From NCBI GenBank assembly GCA_015064725.1, contig SVRQ01000003.1, forward strand, positions 29,372 to 93,371: DNA of 64,000 nucleotides, read 5' to 3'. The number at the start of each line of letters is the position of its first letter. Positions within the stretch are counted from its first letter, which is position 1. Made by a program: the position numbers and the translations under genes. The notes below the pieces were generated by a model, which was not told where the DNA came from, ran no database searches, and worked only from the letters and a program-made list of their open reading frames with translations. Positions 36,692-46,565 of this stretch are shown one piece after another. This DNA is from Oscillospiraceae bacterium. Its GTDB lineage: Bacteria; Bacillota; Clostridia; Oscillospirales; CAG-272.

Positions 36692-36750
36692 GTCAAATAT
36701 ACTTGACATACCTCAATTCATATGCTATACTATTGTCAAATATATTTGAC
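36692..36750 (+). promoter_or_regulatory. Consensus promoter flanked by two 16-bp palindromic operator-like sites
   Basis: TTGACA (36703-08) - 17 nt - TATACT (36726-31). gtcaaatatacttgac (36692-36707) overlaps the -35. The perfect palindrome gtcaaatatatttgac (36735-36750) lies just after the -10. Confidence 0.7.
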
Positions 36751-36772
36751 TTCAATAAAAGTTGGTGAATTT

Positions 36773-37564
36773 ATGATAGGTGCAATTATAGGCGATATTG
36801 TCGGTTCGGTATATGAGTTTAAAAACGTAAAGTCCAAACGTTTCAAATGGTTCGCCAAAGGATGCAGGATAACGGACGATACCGTCCTTACTGTTGCCGT
36901 GGCAGACGCTCTGCTCGACATTGCGGCAGCAAACGACGAGGCAAGCTTTAAGGAGCTGCTTATCGACAAATTTCATTACCACGCGCGCAACCATTTGCTT
37001 TGCGGATTCGGAGCCCGCTTTTTATCTTGGGTATCCAAGCAGCAAAGAACGCCATATAACAGCTTCGGAAACGGAAGCGCTATGCGTGTATCCCCTGCGG
37101 CATACGCCGCAAGCACCCTGGAGGAAGCACTTTATCTTGCGAAGCTCTGCGCAGAAATAACTCACGATCATCCGGAGGGTATAAAAGGCGCTCAATGCAC
37201 CGCAGGAGCGATATTTCTTGCAAAAATCGGATACAGCAAGGAGGATATCAGATCGTTTGCAGAAAAATATTACGATCTCTCGTTCACACTTGATGAAATA
37301 CGCCCCGTATATAAATACGAAATATCCTGCCAAGGTTCCGTGCCGCAGGCAATAGTCGCTTTTTTGGAAGCCAAGAACTTTAAAGATGCTATTTCAAACG
37401 CCATTTCCATCGGTGGGGATAGCGACACGATAGCAGCTATAACCGGCTCCGTTGCGGGGGCATATTACCCGATATCCGAAAAGCTTCGCAAAAAGGCTTT
37501 TTCTTACCTTGATTTCGAAGCGACCGACATTATTTTGCGGTTTGAAGAAAAATTTATAAAATAA
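36773..37564 (+). CDS. ADP-ribosylglycohydrolase-family protein (intact motifs)
   Basis: MIGAIIGDIVGS, ITDDTVL, NGSAMRVSP and GGDSDTIAAITGSVAGAYY are all present. Confidence 0.85.
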   Translation: MIGAIIGDIVGSVYEFKNVKSKRFKWFAKGCRITDDTVLTVAVADALLDIAAANDEASFKELLIDKFHYHARNHLLCGFGARFLSWVSKQQRTPYNSFGNGSAMRVSPAAYAASTLEEALYLAKLCAEITHDHPEGIKGAQCTAGAIFLAKIGYSKEDIRSFAEKYYDLSFTLDEIRPVYKYEISCQGSVPQAIVAFLEAKNFKDAISNAISIGGDSDTIAAITGSVAGAYYPISEKLRKKAFSYLDFEATDIILRFEEKFIK

Positions 37565-37575
37565 GGAGCGCGTCT

Positions 37576-37782
37576 ATGTGCAATGACCGAATGAAAGAAC
37601 GGCGAAGTACGCTTGGGCTTTCGCAGGCAGAGCTTGCAAAGCGTATAGGCGTTTCACGCCAAACCATAAATATGATAGAAAACGGCGGATATAACCCCAC
37701 CATAGAGCTTTGCATTCGCATCTGCCGCGAGCTTGGGGTAACGCTCAACGATTTATTTTGGAGGGAAAACGATGTTTTATGA
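37576..37782 (+). CDS. XRE-family helix-turn-helix transcriptional regulator (68 aa)
   Basis: LSQAELAKRIGVSRQTINMIENGGYNPTIELCIRICRELGVTLNDLF. AAGGAG RBS. Confidence 0.85.
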   Translation: MCNDRMKERRSTLGLSQAELAKRIGVSRQTINMIENGGYNPTIELCIRICRELGVTLNDLFWRENDVL

Positions 37783-39193
37783 CGAAAGAATAGAGCGCGA
37801 ACGCGGCCGTATCTCGCGCAATATCATAATAATTTCCGTTATAGGCGCACTAATTTACGGTGCGCTCAATCTTGCAAATATGCTGCTCTGCCTTGAAAGA
37901 CCCGCATTCAGGCATTTTATGCACCTCGGTATGGAGGCTATTATAATTTTAAGCGGCGTTATCATTCTCTGCCTCGGTGCATTTAAATATTTTTCCCCGT
38001 GTGATGAGCGCGGAAACGCCGAGCGTAATATTTTCTACAACAAAGCAAGTACCGTACATCTTCGCATCGCCCTCTGCGCGTGGGCGTGCCTTATGCCGCT
38101 TGCAGCGCTCCGCCCGCTTCCGAGCATAAATTTTTATGCGCTTCCCTACGATTACGGTATGTACCTGCTTTTCTTCCCCATTGTGATATACAGTGTATAT
38201 TCATTCAAAAAAAGTGAAATTTATTTCAATTATTCGATTCTCGACAGCAAGGATTACTACAAAAACGTATTAAAAAACATCGGAAAGCTCGGTTTTTACG
38301 CGCTCGCCCTCCTTGCGATCTCGCTCTCAACACTCTGTTTCTCCATCCTCATAATAAATATCACGCCAAAAGAATTTTTGTCCTGCGCCCTTTCCGTATT
38401 TTTAACGTATTTTTTCTGCTATGCAAGCGTTTCCGCGCTGTACCTGCTTCTTTCCGTCCTTGAAAAAGCAAGCTACGATAACGAAAAAATGCTCATCTCC
38501 AAAGCTACAGTCATCTCCTTTGTCATCTGCGTGGGTCTGATATTTTTAATGGCGGGCTTCTCCATTGCCGCTTCCTCTTATATAAACGCACTCTCCCGTG
38601 AGGAAATAAACTCCTTCGCTATGATGGGCATCACCGTGGGAGAGCTCGTTGCGCGTGCAAATTACATAATAAGCGGAATGAAAACGCTTTCCGTCCTTGC
38701 GCTTACACTCAGCCTTACTTATTTCTGCTGCGAATTCGGCAGGGTGAGGAAAAGCAAGCTCTTTTCACGTTCAGCGGCGGCGTTCCTTTGCATCGCGGGG
38801 ATAAAAAACTTCTTCCTTTCCTGCTACCAGATAGCTATGGTCATCACGATACAGGTCGTGCGCGATATGGGCGTGAATATGGACGGCTTTTACCTTGAAC
38901 ATTCGCTTTCGCTTTGGTACACCGACCTTTCCTATACCGCAAGCTTTTTGCAGCTCGTCTGCATCTGCCTTATGATAATCGCCCTCGTTCGCGGCGGTGC
39001 GCTGCACAAAGCGCACATTCTGAGCATACCGATAATCACAGTTATGCTTTGGATACTTATCTTCCTTGAAACACAAACCAATGCAGCGCAATTTTCCTAT
39101 GTTATAAACGTATTCTACCCCATTATCCCCATATACTGCGTTTTCCTTGTGATCTCCATCGGTAAAAAGAGTGCAGATAGCTTTGACAGGTAA
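37772..39193 (+). CDS. Polytopic membrane protein of unknown function, translationally coupled to the XRE gene
   Basis: 473 aa with ten or more hydrophobic helices. 11-nt overlap with the XRE ORF. Confidence 0.7.
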   Translation: MFYDERIERERGRISRNIIIISVIGALIYGALNLANMLLCLERPAFRHFMHLGMEAIIILSGVIILCLGAFKYFSPCDERGNAERNIFYNKASTVHLRIALCAWACLMPLAALRPLPSINFYALPYDYGMYLLFFPIVIYSVYSFKKSEIYFNYSILDSKDYYKNVLKNIGKLGFYALALLAISLSTLCFSILIINITPKEFLSCALSVFLTYFFCYASVSALYLLLSVLEKASYDNEKMLISKATVISFVICVGLIFLMAGFSIAASSYINALSREEINSFAMMGITVGELVARANYIISGMKTLSVLALTLSLTYFCCEFGRVRKSKLFSRSAAAFLCIAGIKNFFLSCYQIAMVITIQVVRDMGVNMDGFYLEHSLSLWYTDLSYTASFLQLVCICLMIIALVRGGALHKAHILSIPIITVMLWILIFLETQTNAAQFSYVINVFYPIIPIYCVFLVISIGKKSADSFDR

Positions 39194-39256
39194 CATCTCT
39201 GCCATATTGCACAAAAAAACAGCGCAAACTTTATACATTGTTTTTGCAAAAAAGGG

Positions 39257-39285
39257 TTGACAAATCCCACATATGAATGTATAAT
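39257..39285 (+). promoter_or_regulatory. Consensus SigA promoter of argG
   Basis: TTGACA - 17 nt - TATAAT. Confidence 0.7.
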
Positions 39286-39295
39286 ATGCACGTTC

Positions 39296-39313
39296 GATGA
39301 ATAAATATTCCGA
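39296..39313 (+). promoter_or_regulatory. ARG box (ArgR/AhrC operator) downstream of the argG -10
   Basis: gaTGAATAAATATTCcga fits TNTGAATWWWWATTCANW. A weaker half-like site TGAATgtatAATAT overlaps the -10 (39274-39287). Confidence 0.55.
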
Positions 39314-39345
39314 AATTACTTTCCCAAAGGAGATTACATACAATT

Positions 39346-40575
39346 ATGGTCAACAAAGAAAACATCAAAAAAGTCGTTCTCGCCTACTCCGGCGGTCTTG
39401 ATACATCCATCATCATCCCGTGGCTTAAAGAAAACTACAACAACTGCGAGGTAATCGCGGTTTCCGGCAACGTAGGTCAGGCAGACGAACTTGAGGGTCT
39501 TGAAGAAAAAGCCCTCAAAACAGGCGCTTCCAAGCTCTACGTTGAGGACCTCACGGAAGAGTTCGTTGACGATTTCATCGTTCCCACGATGAAGGCAGGC
39601 GCAATTTACGAAGAATACCTCCTCGGTACTTCCTTTGCCCGCCCCGTTATCGCAAAACGCTTGGCGGAGATCGCTATTGCAGAGGGCGCAGACGCTATCT
39701 GCCACGGCTGCACGGGTAAGGGTAACGACCAGGTTCGTTTCGAGCTTACACTCAAGCACTTCGTTCCCGATATGCCTATCATCGCTCCCTGGCGTGAATG
39801 GGACATCAAATCCCGCGACGAAGAGATCGAATATGCGGAAGCACACAACGTACCTCTCAAGATAAACCGCGAAACAAACTATTCCAAGGATAAAAACCTC
39901 TGGCACCTTTCCCACGAAGGTCTTGACCTTGAAGACGTTGGAAACGAGCCTCTTTACGAAAAGAAGGGCTTCCTTGAAATGGGCGTTTCCCCCATCGATG
40001 CTCCCGACGTTCCCACTTACATCACTCTCGATTTTGAAAAAGGCGTACCCGTTGCTCTTAACGGCGAGAAGATGAGCGCAAAGCAGATCATCCTCGCCCT
40101 CAACGAGCTCGGCGGTGCAAACGGCATCGGCCTTCTCGATATTGTTGAAAACCGTCTTGTTGGTATGAAATGCCGCGGCGTATATGAAACTCCCGGCGGT
40201 ACTATCCTCTACAAGGCTCACGAATACCTCGAAACACTTTGCCTTGACAAGATGACGGCGCATAAGAAAGCAGAGCTTGCTATCACATTTGCAGACCTCG
40301 TTTACAACGGTCAGTGGTACACACCTCTTCGCGAAGCTCTTTCCGCATTCGTTGACAAAACACAGGAAAAGGTTACCGGTAAGGTTCGCCTTAAACTCTA
40401 CAAAGGCAACATCATCAAAGCCGGTGCTTGGAGCGATTACTCCCTCTACTCCGAAGAGATCGCTACGTTCGGCGAAAGCGACTATAACCAGAAGGACTCC
40501 GAAGGCTTTATCAACCTCTTCGGTCTTCCCATCAAGGTTCAGGCTATGGTCGATAAGAAAAACGCAAACAAATAA
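39346..40575 (+). CDS. argG: Argininosuccinate synthase
   Basis: [18 protein letters not shown], the ATP pyrophosphatase motif. Full-length similarity pattern to ArgG. Confidence 0.95.
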   Translation: MVNKENIKKVVLAYSGGLDTSIIIPWLKENYNNCEVIAVSGNVGQADELEGLEEKALKTGASKLYVEDLTEEFVDDFIVPTMKAGAIYEEYLLGTSFARPVIAKRLAEIAIAEGADAICHGCTGKGNDQVRFELTLKHFVPDMPIIAPWREWDIKSRDEEIEYAEAHNVPLKINRETNYSKDKNLWHLSHEGLDLEDVGNEPLYEKKGFLEMGVSPIDAPDVPTYITLDFEKGVPVALNGEKMSAKQIILALNELGGANGIGLLDIVENRLVGMKCRGVYETPGGTILYKAHEYLETLCLDKMTAHKKAELAITFADLVYNGQWYTPLREALSAFVDKTQEKVTGKVRLKLYKGNIIKAGAWSDYSLYSEEIATFGESDYNQKDSEGFINLFGLPIKVQAMVDKKNANK

Positions 40576-40583
40576 TTTTCGCA

Positions 40584-40622
40584 ATATCCGCAGGTACTCT
40601 GCCTGCGGATATTATTTTTTTG
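40584..40622 (+). terminator. Rho-independent terminator of argG
   Basis: atatccgcagg-tactctg-cctgcggatat followed by tattttttt. Confidence 0.85.
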
Positions 40623-40787
40623 ATAACTTCTTGCGCAAGCGTTCTTGTTGTGATAGAATGGATAAAGAACGTAAAACGCACCTTGCCGACTCCGCCGCAA
40701 AAGCGGCAATAAATGCCTTCCTTTCGGGGAAGGTGGATCTTGCAAAGCAAAAGACGGAAGAGGTAAAATATTCAAGGAGGTATTTTT

Positions 40788-41192
40788 TTGAATTTAATTA
40801 TATGTTTGGACGATAAAAACGGTATGATGTTCAACAAGCGCCGCCAAAGCCGCGACAGCGTGCTTTGCGAGCGTGTTCTTTCGCTTTTCGGCGGCGATCT
40901 TTATATGAGCACATATTCCGCAAAGCTATTCCCCGCAGATGCGCCCCTCACCGTATGCGATTTTGCCGCTTGCAAAGATAAAGACGGCTTTTTCTTCGCG
41001 GAGGATACGGAGCTTTCGCTTGACAGCGCAGAGAAAATAATCATATACCGCTGGAACCGGCACTATCCTGCCGATAAACACTTTAACTTCGACCTTGCTT
41101 CCCTCGGGTACGAGCTCACCTCAAGCACCGATCTTACGGGAAGCTCCCATCCCGTAATAACAGAGCAGATATTTAAAAAGAAAGGAAAATAA
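40788..41192 (+). CDS. Hypothetical protein (134 aa; TTG start)
   Basis: AAGGAGG RBS 6 nt before the TTG. N-terminus MNLIICLDDKNGMMFNKRRQSRD is reminiscent of DHFR/RibD-C-like folds, but this is not verified. Confidence 0.55.
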   Translation: MNLIICLDDKNGMMFNKRRQSRDSVLCERVLSLFGGDLYMSTYSAKLFPADAPLTVCDFAACKDKDGFFFAEDTELSLDSAEKIIIYRWNRHYPADKHFNFDLASLGYELTSSTDLTGSSHPVITEQIFKKKGK

Positions 41193-41194
41193 AA

Positions 41195-41932
41195 ATGGCT
41201 TACAGACGCAAAAAGAAAAATAATCTCCCCAAAATTTTGACCTCGGTCATCGTCATAATCCTCGCACTTCTGAGCGCTTACTTCGTTGTGCCCGAGGTTC
41301 TTCCCGATAATAACAACGTTCCCTCATACGTTGACGTCGCTTCCATTCCCGAATATTCGGACAGCCCCTTCGTCGCCATAAACGGAAACGTGCCGTACTT
41401 TGAAGAAGCGGACTACACTACGCTATCCTATGAAAAATACAGCGAGCTTGATGATCTCGGAAGATGCGGCGTGGTTATGGCTTGCTGCGGCAAGGACATT
41501 ATGCCCAAGGACGGCGAAGACCGCGGAAGCATCAGCAACGTGACCCCCTCCGGCTGGGACCAGGAAAAATACGATACAGACCTTGTAAGCGGCGGCTATC
41601 TTTACAACCGCAGCCATCTTATCGGCTGGCAGCTAACGGCGGAAAACGATAACGAAAAGAACCTTATCACAGGCACAAGATACTTCAACGTGGACGGTAT
41701 GCTCCCGTTTGAAAATATGGTTGCGGACTACATACGCGAAACGGGCAACCACGTTCTTTACAGAGTTACACCCATCTATGAGGGCGATAACCTCGTTGCA
41801 AGCGGCGTTATTATGGAAGCATACTCCGTGGAGGACGAGGGCGATGGCATTTGCTTCAACGTATATTGCTACAACGTGCAGCCCGGCATCGTTATCGACT
41901 ACGCAACGGGCGCAAGCGCACTTGCAGACTGA
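41195..41932 (+). CDS. Membrane-anchored DNA/RNA non-specific endonuclease (EndA/NucA-like DNA-entry nuclease family)
   Basis: N-terminal TM anchor. Core ...GWDQEKY...YLYNRSHLIGWQLTAENDNEKNLITGTRYFN..GMLPFEN.V..YI..T.NHVLYRVTPIY. Confidence 0.75.
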   Translation: MAYRRKKKNNLPKILTSVIVIILALLSAYFVVPEVLPDNNNVPSYVDVASIPEYSDSPFVAINGNVPYFEEADYTTLSYEKYSELDDLGRCGVVMACCGKDIMPKDGEDRGSISNVTPSGWDQEKYDTDLVSGGYLYNRSHLIGWQLTAENDNEKNLITGTRYFNVDGMLPFENMVADYIRETGNHVLYRVTPIYEGDNLVASGVIMEAYSVEDEGDGICFNVYCYNVQPGIVIDYATGASALAD

Positions 41933-41964
41933 CCAAATTAAAATAAACGAAAGAGGAAACTACA

Positions 41965-43344
41965 ATGGATAAAATGTGGGCAGGAAGATTTTCCAAGGCT
42001 CTTGATAAAACAGCGGACGATTTTAACTCGTCCATAAGCTTCGATAAAAAAATGTACCGCCAGGATATAACGGGCTCTATGGCGCACGCCGCTATGCTCG
42101 GTTACAAAAACATCATCGCAAAGGATGAAGCGGACAAGATCATCGCGGAGCTTGAAAAAATCCTCGCGGACCTTGAATGCGGCGCGCTCGATATAGACGA
42201 AAGCTGCGAGGACATACATATGTTCGTGGAAAAGGTGCTTACGGACCGCTTGGGCGACCTTGGCAAAAAGCTCCACACGGCAAGAAGCCGCAACGACCAG
42301 GTAGCGCTCGACCTGCGTATGTACCTGCGCGACAAAACAGACGAAATAACAGCGCTTCTCAAAGAGCTCGTTTCCGTTATTTCCAACAAAGCGGAAGAAT
42401 ACAAAGCAACGATAATGCCCGGCTATACGCACCTCCAGCGCGCACAGCCGATCACATTCGGCCACCATCTTATGGCTTATGCAATGATGTTCCTGCGCGA
42501 TATCGACCGCCTTGCAGACGCAAAGAAGCGTATGAATATATGCCCCATCGGCTCCTGCGCTCTTGCGGGAACCACTTACGATACGGACAGAAGATTTGAA
42601 GCACAAAAGCTCGGCTTTACCTCCGTTTGCCTTAACAGTATGGACGGCGTTTCCGACAGAGATTTCTGCGTTGAGTTTCTTTCCTGCGCCGCGCTCATTA
42701 TGGTGCATCTCTCCCGCTTCTCCGAGGAGATCATACTCTGGTCCAGCTGGGAATTCAAGTTTATAGAGCTTGACGATGCTTTCACAACGGGCTCCAGCAT
42801 TATGCCGCAGAAGAAAAACCCCGATATGGCAGAGCTTTCCCGCGGTAAATCCGGCAGGGTATTCGGAGATCTTATGACTATGCTTACCGTCCTCAAGGGT
42901 CTTCCCCTTGCATACAACAAGGATATGCAAGAGGACAAGGAAGCCGTGTTCGATGCTTGCGATACAGTGAAGATGTGCCTTGAGGTGTTCACCCCTATGC
43001 TTGCCACGGCAAAGGCAATTCCCGAAAATATGCGCAAAGCAGCTTCCGCAGGCTTCATCTGCGCCACGGACCTTGCCGATTACCTTGTAAAGAAAGGCTT
43101 GCCCTTCCGCACGGCATACAAGATAGTGGGAAGCGCAGTCGGCAAATGCGTTGCCGAAGGCAAAACGCTTGAAACGCTTACAATGGAGGAATACAAAGCC
43201 CTCTCCGACGTATTCGAACCCGATCTTTTTGAAGCCATCGACCTTGACGCTTGCGTAGAAAAGCGCATCTCCCTCGGCGGAACAAGCCCGCAGAACGTGC
43301 AGATGCAGGTAGATTTTGCAAGAAACGAGATTAAAAAATATTGA
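41965..43344 (+). CDS. argH: Argininosuccinate lyase
   Basis: MWAGRFSK... N-terminus and fumarate-lyase signature GSSIMPQKKNPD. Confidence 0.95.
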   Translation: MDKMWAGRFSKALDKTADDFNSSISFDKKMYRQDITGSMAHAAMLGYKNIIAKDEADKIIAELEKILADLECGALDIDESCEDIHMFVEKVLTDRLGDLGKKLHTARSRNDQVALDLRMYLRDKTDEITALLKELVSVISNKAEEYKATIMPGYTHLQRAQPITFGHHLMAYAMMFLRDIDRLADAKKRMNICPIGSCALAGTTYDTDRRFEAQKLGFTSVCLNSMDGVSDRDFCVEFLSCAALIMVHLSRFSEEIILWSSWEFKFIELDDAFTTGSSIMPQKKNPDMAELSRGKSGRVFGDLMTMLTVLKGLPLAYNKDMQEDKEAVFDACDTVKMCLEVFTPMLATAKAIPENMRKAASAGFICATDLADYLVKKGLPFRTAYKIVGSAVGKCVAEGKTLETLTMEEYKALSDVFEPDLFEAIDLDACVEKRISLGGTSPQNVQMQVDFARNEIKKY

Positions 43345-43346
43345 TA

Positions 43347-43378
43347 AAAATTCCCGCTTTTGCGGGAATTTTTGCTTT
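43347..43378 (+). terminator. Rho-independent terminator of argH
   Basis: aattcccgc-tttt-gcgggaatt followed by tttgcttt. Confidence 0.85.
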
Positions 43379-43517
43379 AAAACGGCAAAATTTTATAAAA
43401 TTCTATTAACCGCACCTTAATTTTTGCGCATACTATTGCAAGAGAGACCCCATTTATGCTATAATTATTGTGTATAAGCACCAAATGTTCGCACAGCTTT
43501 ATTTTAAGGAGTTAATT

Positions 43518-44087
43518 ATGGCTCAACAGCTTAAAAAAATATACATAATATTAAGCCAAACGGGAACTCTGCTTTCCAACATACTCAAAACCGCAACGGG
43601 AGCTACGTATAACCACGTTTCAATAAGCCTTGATCCGGAGCTTCGCACAATGTACTCCTTCGGAAGGCTTAACCCAAGAAATCCTTTTATCGGCGGCTTT
43701 GTAAAAGAATCCATCGTAGGCGGCACGTTTGCACACTTTCCAAAAACAGAGGCACTTGTTCTCGAAATCAACGTGACCCCGTATCAATATTCAAAAATGA
43801 AATACAAGCTTGAAACAATGGCTTGCCGTGCCTCGCTTTATCATTATAATTACATAGGGCTTTTCCTTGCCATATTCAAGATAAGATATAAAAAGCGCAA
43901 CTGCTTCTATTGCTCCGAATTTGTAAAGGATATGCTTATAAAATATAAAGTGAAACGCGAAAAGGAGTTTGATAAAATAACCCATCCCATATATTTTTTA
44001 AACTTGAAAAACACGCGCCGCATCTATTCGGGCAAGTTAAAATCATACAAGTATCCGCAGCTTGCAGCCGCAAATAAGCAAGCTTAA
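43518..44087 (+). CDS. Hypothetical protein, possibly YiiX-like permuted papain/NlpC-P60 fold
   Basis: Start at MAQQLKKIYIILSQTG. YNHVSISLD and CFYCSEFV motifs resemble that family. Assignment is tentative. Confidence 0.5.
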   Translation: MAQQLKKIYIILSQTGTLLSNILKTATGATYNHVSISLDPELRTMYSFGRLNPRNPFIGGFVKESIVGGTFAHFPKTEALVLEINVTPYQYSKMKYKLETMACRASLYHYNYIGLFLAIFKIRYKKRNCFYCSEFVKDMLIKYKVKREKEFDKITHPIYFLNLKNTRRIYSGKLKSYKYPQLAAANKQA

Positions 44088-44262
44088 AAAGCGGGCATTG
44101 CCCGCCTCTGCTCGCTCGCCTATTTATGCTTTTCATCCATATGAAAAAAACAAACGGCGAGGTCTGCTTTTACTCAATTTTTCGGGCAACAAAAAATCAC
44201 TTGACATTATTCTCTTTTAAAGATATTATATTTATTAAGAATAAATTTTTAAAGGAAAGATT

Positions 44263-45195
44263 ATGACGGTAATTGATTTAAAAACCGGGAAAGAATGTTC
44301 TCTTCCCGAAGGGGCGCGCCTTTCCTGCGCGCTTGGCAATTTCGATGGTGTTCATATCGGACATCGGGAGCTTCTTTTGGAGGCGGCGCAAAAAAACTGC
44401 GGTGCAAACACAAGTGCCGTTTGGACCTTTCGCGTGCATCCCTCCCTCTGCCGCCGCATACCGTCCGTCAAAATATTGACCTCCACCGAGCAAAAGCTTG
44501 AATTGTTCACGGAAAGCGGGATAGAATATGCCATCCTTGAAGATTTCGAAAATGTTTGCAACCTTTCCCCCGAAGAATTTGCAAAAGAGCTTCTTATAAA
44601 AAAGCTCGGGGTTTGCCACGCTGTTTGCGGCTTCAATTTTTCCTTTGGAAACAAAGCAAGCGGAAACGCAAAAATGCTGAAAGATTTCTTCCGGGAATGC
44701 GGCAAAAGCGCAAGCATTATCCCGCCCTGTACGCTTGACGGAGATACCGTAAGCTCATCTCTTATACGGGAAAAGATAGAAGCCGGAGAGATAGAAAGCG
44801 CAAAAAAGCTTTTGGGGCATCCGTTCTCCATTTATCTTCCCGTAACGGAAGGCAGAAAGCTCGGCAGGACCATAGGCATTCCCACGATAAACCAGGTCTT
44901 CCCCGAAAATTACGCAATTCCCCGCTTCGGCGTTTACGCCTGCCGCTGTCACGTTGACGGCAAGACGTATTTCGGCATTGCCAACGTGGGCGTGCGTCCC
45001 ACTATTACCGAAGCGGTAAAACAGACCAACTGCGAAACGCATATACTTGATTACAGCGGATACCTATACGGAAAAAAAGTCCGTGTGGATTTTTGTAAAT
45101 TCATCCGCGCAGAAGTCAAATTCCCGAGCGTGGATGCGCTCGCAAACGAAATACGCCGAAATATAGATGAGATACGCAAATATTTCGGCATCTGA
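44263..45195 (+). CDS. ribF: Bifunctional riboflavin kinase / FMN adenylyltransferase
   Basis: GNFDGVHIGHRELL nucleotidyltransferase motif. C-terminal kinase part GRKLGRTIGIPTIN...GVRPT. Confidence 0.9.
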   Translation: MTVIDLKTGKECSLPEGARLSCALGNFDGVHIGHRELLLEAAQKNCGANTSAVWTFRVHPSLCRRIPSVKILTSTEQKLELFTESGIEYAILEDFENVCNLSPEEFAKELLIKKLGVCHAVCGFNFSFGNKASGNAKMLKDFFRECGKSASIIPPCTLDGDTVSSSLIREKIEAGEIESAKKLLGHPFSIYLPVTEGRKLGRTIGIPTINQVFPENYAIPRFGVYACRCHVDGKTYFGIANVGVRPTITEAVKQTNCETHILDYSGYLYGKKVRVDFCKFIRAEVKFPSVDALANEIRRNIDEIRKYFGI

Positions 45196-45212
45196 AAGGC
45201 GGATATAAGCGT

Positions 45213-46502
45213 ATGAAAAGAAAAATTTCTATCTTTCTTTGTGCGCTTATGCTCTTTGCTTTTGTATTCGGCATATCGGCGCACGCCGCTATGTACGACC
45301 AAAACAAAATAAACTCGACATATGCCGCTGTGTATAACGCAGAAAAAGGCACTTTTCTCTTTGAAAAAAATGCAGACGTGCGAATAAGCGCATCAAACTG
45401 TGCAAAAATTATGACAGCGGTGCTCGCACTTGAGCATTACGCAGACCTCGATATGGTGATAACAGTTCCGCTTGCATCCATACAAGGGCTTGACGGGGCT
45501 ACGATATTCGGGCTTCTTTCCGGAGAAAAAGTTACGGTGCGCGACCTCATCTATACGATGCTCGTTGGCAACTGCAACGATTCCGCGTCCGTCCTTGCCT
45601 GCGATATGGAAAAAACGAACGCGCTCTTCGCGCTTAAAATGAACGAAAAAGTAGCCGAAATAGGTCTTACGGATACGTTCTTTAAAAATTCCACGGGACT
45701 TGGCGCAAAGGATTCCTACACGACCGTCAAGGATTGCCTCCTTCTCGCGTCCTATGCGCTCGGGATAGACGGCTTTTCCGAGATCGTCAACACAGCAAAA
45801 TATACCGTTTACGAAACCAACAAGCACGGTAACAAAACGGTCTATACAAAAAATTATTTTCTCTCCAAGCAGACCTTCGCGGACTATTATTGGCAAGATG
45901 CAAGCGGATTTTCCGCAACGTACACGGACGAAGAGGGCTACGGTCTTATTTCAACGTACACCGCATACTCTATGACGTACATATGTATGTGTACGGGTGC
46001 GCACAAAAGCGACAGCGGCAAGATCCTTGCATACGGCGACGTAAAAAATCTTCTTCGCTGGGCATCGGAAGAATATACAACGCTAAAGGTCTTGGACAGC
46101 TCCAAGATATTTGACGAGCTTCCCATAAAGCTTTCGGGGGAAAGAAATTATGTCCCCGTCGTTCCGGAGGCTTCGCTATACGCTTACCTTCCCCACGATA
46201 CGGATATCGGCACAGCCATAGAACAGCGGTATGAGCTATCCGTAAAAGAGCTGGAAGCGCCCGTGGAGATAGGCGACGTTGTTGGCAAGGTAACGCTTTA
46301 TTACGAGGGCAAGGAGATAGCCTCCTGCAATCTGGTCACAAAATTTTCCGCAGACAGAAGCACCGCCCTTGCGTTCCGCGCCTCTCTTTTCAGCCCGCAG
46401 ATGATAATAGCCGTTGCAATTTCCGCGCTCCTCTGTGTGGGAATCGGAACGCTTCGGTTTTTTGCTCTTTCCAAGATATTAAAAAGAGGCAATTCCGAAT
46501 GA
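45213..46502 (+). CDS. PBP5/DacA-like D,D-carboxypeptidase homolog with all three catalytic motifs substituted
   Basis: Signal peptide. Family-conserved context retained (..AKIMTAVLALE.., FKNSTGL). SxxK reads NCAK, SxN reads NCN, KTG reads SAT. C-terminal TM anchor. Confidence 0.75.
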   Translation: MKRKISIFLCALMLFAFVFGISAHAAMYDQNKINSTYAAVYNAEKGTFLFEKNADVRISASNCAKIMTAVLALEHYADLDMVITVPLASIQGLDGATIFGLLSGEKVTVRDLIYTMLVGNCNDSASVLACDMEKTNALFALKMNEKVAEIGLTDTFFKNSTGLGAKDSYTTVKDCLLLASYALGIDGFSEIVNTAKYTVYETNKHGNKTVYTKNYFLSKQTFADYYWQDASGFSATYTDEEGYGLISTYTAYSMTYICMCTGAHKSDSGKILAYGDVKNLLRWASEEYTTLKVLDSSKIFDELPIKLSGERNYVPVVPEASLYAYLPHDTDIGTAIEQRYELSVKELEAPVEIGDVVGKVTLYYEGKEIASCNLVTKFSADRSTALAFRASLFSPQMIIAVAISALLCVGIGTLRFFALSKILKRGNSE

Positions 46503-46565
46503 TCGCACTTACATAGTAAAAACAAAAAACGTAAATAATAAATTTTTGAAAGGATGTGTTATATT

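Noticed and set aside
39334-40584. 416-aa minus-strand ORF opposite argG
   Set aside because: Shadow ORF. argG on the plus strand is unambiguous.
40658-40816. 53-aa ORF (MDKERKTHLADSAAKAAINAF...) between argG and the 134-aa gene
   Set aside because: No convincing RBS. It overlaps the RBS and TTG start of the next gene. It cannot be supported from sequence alone.
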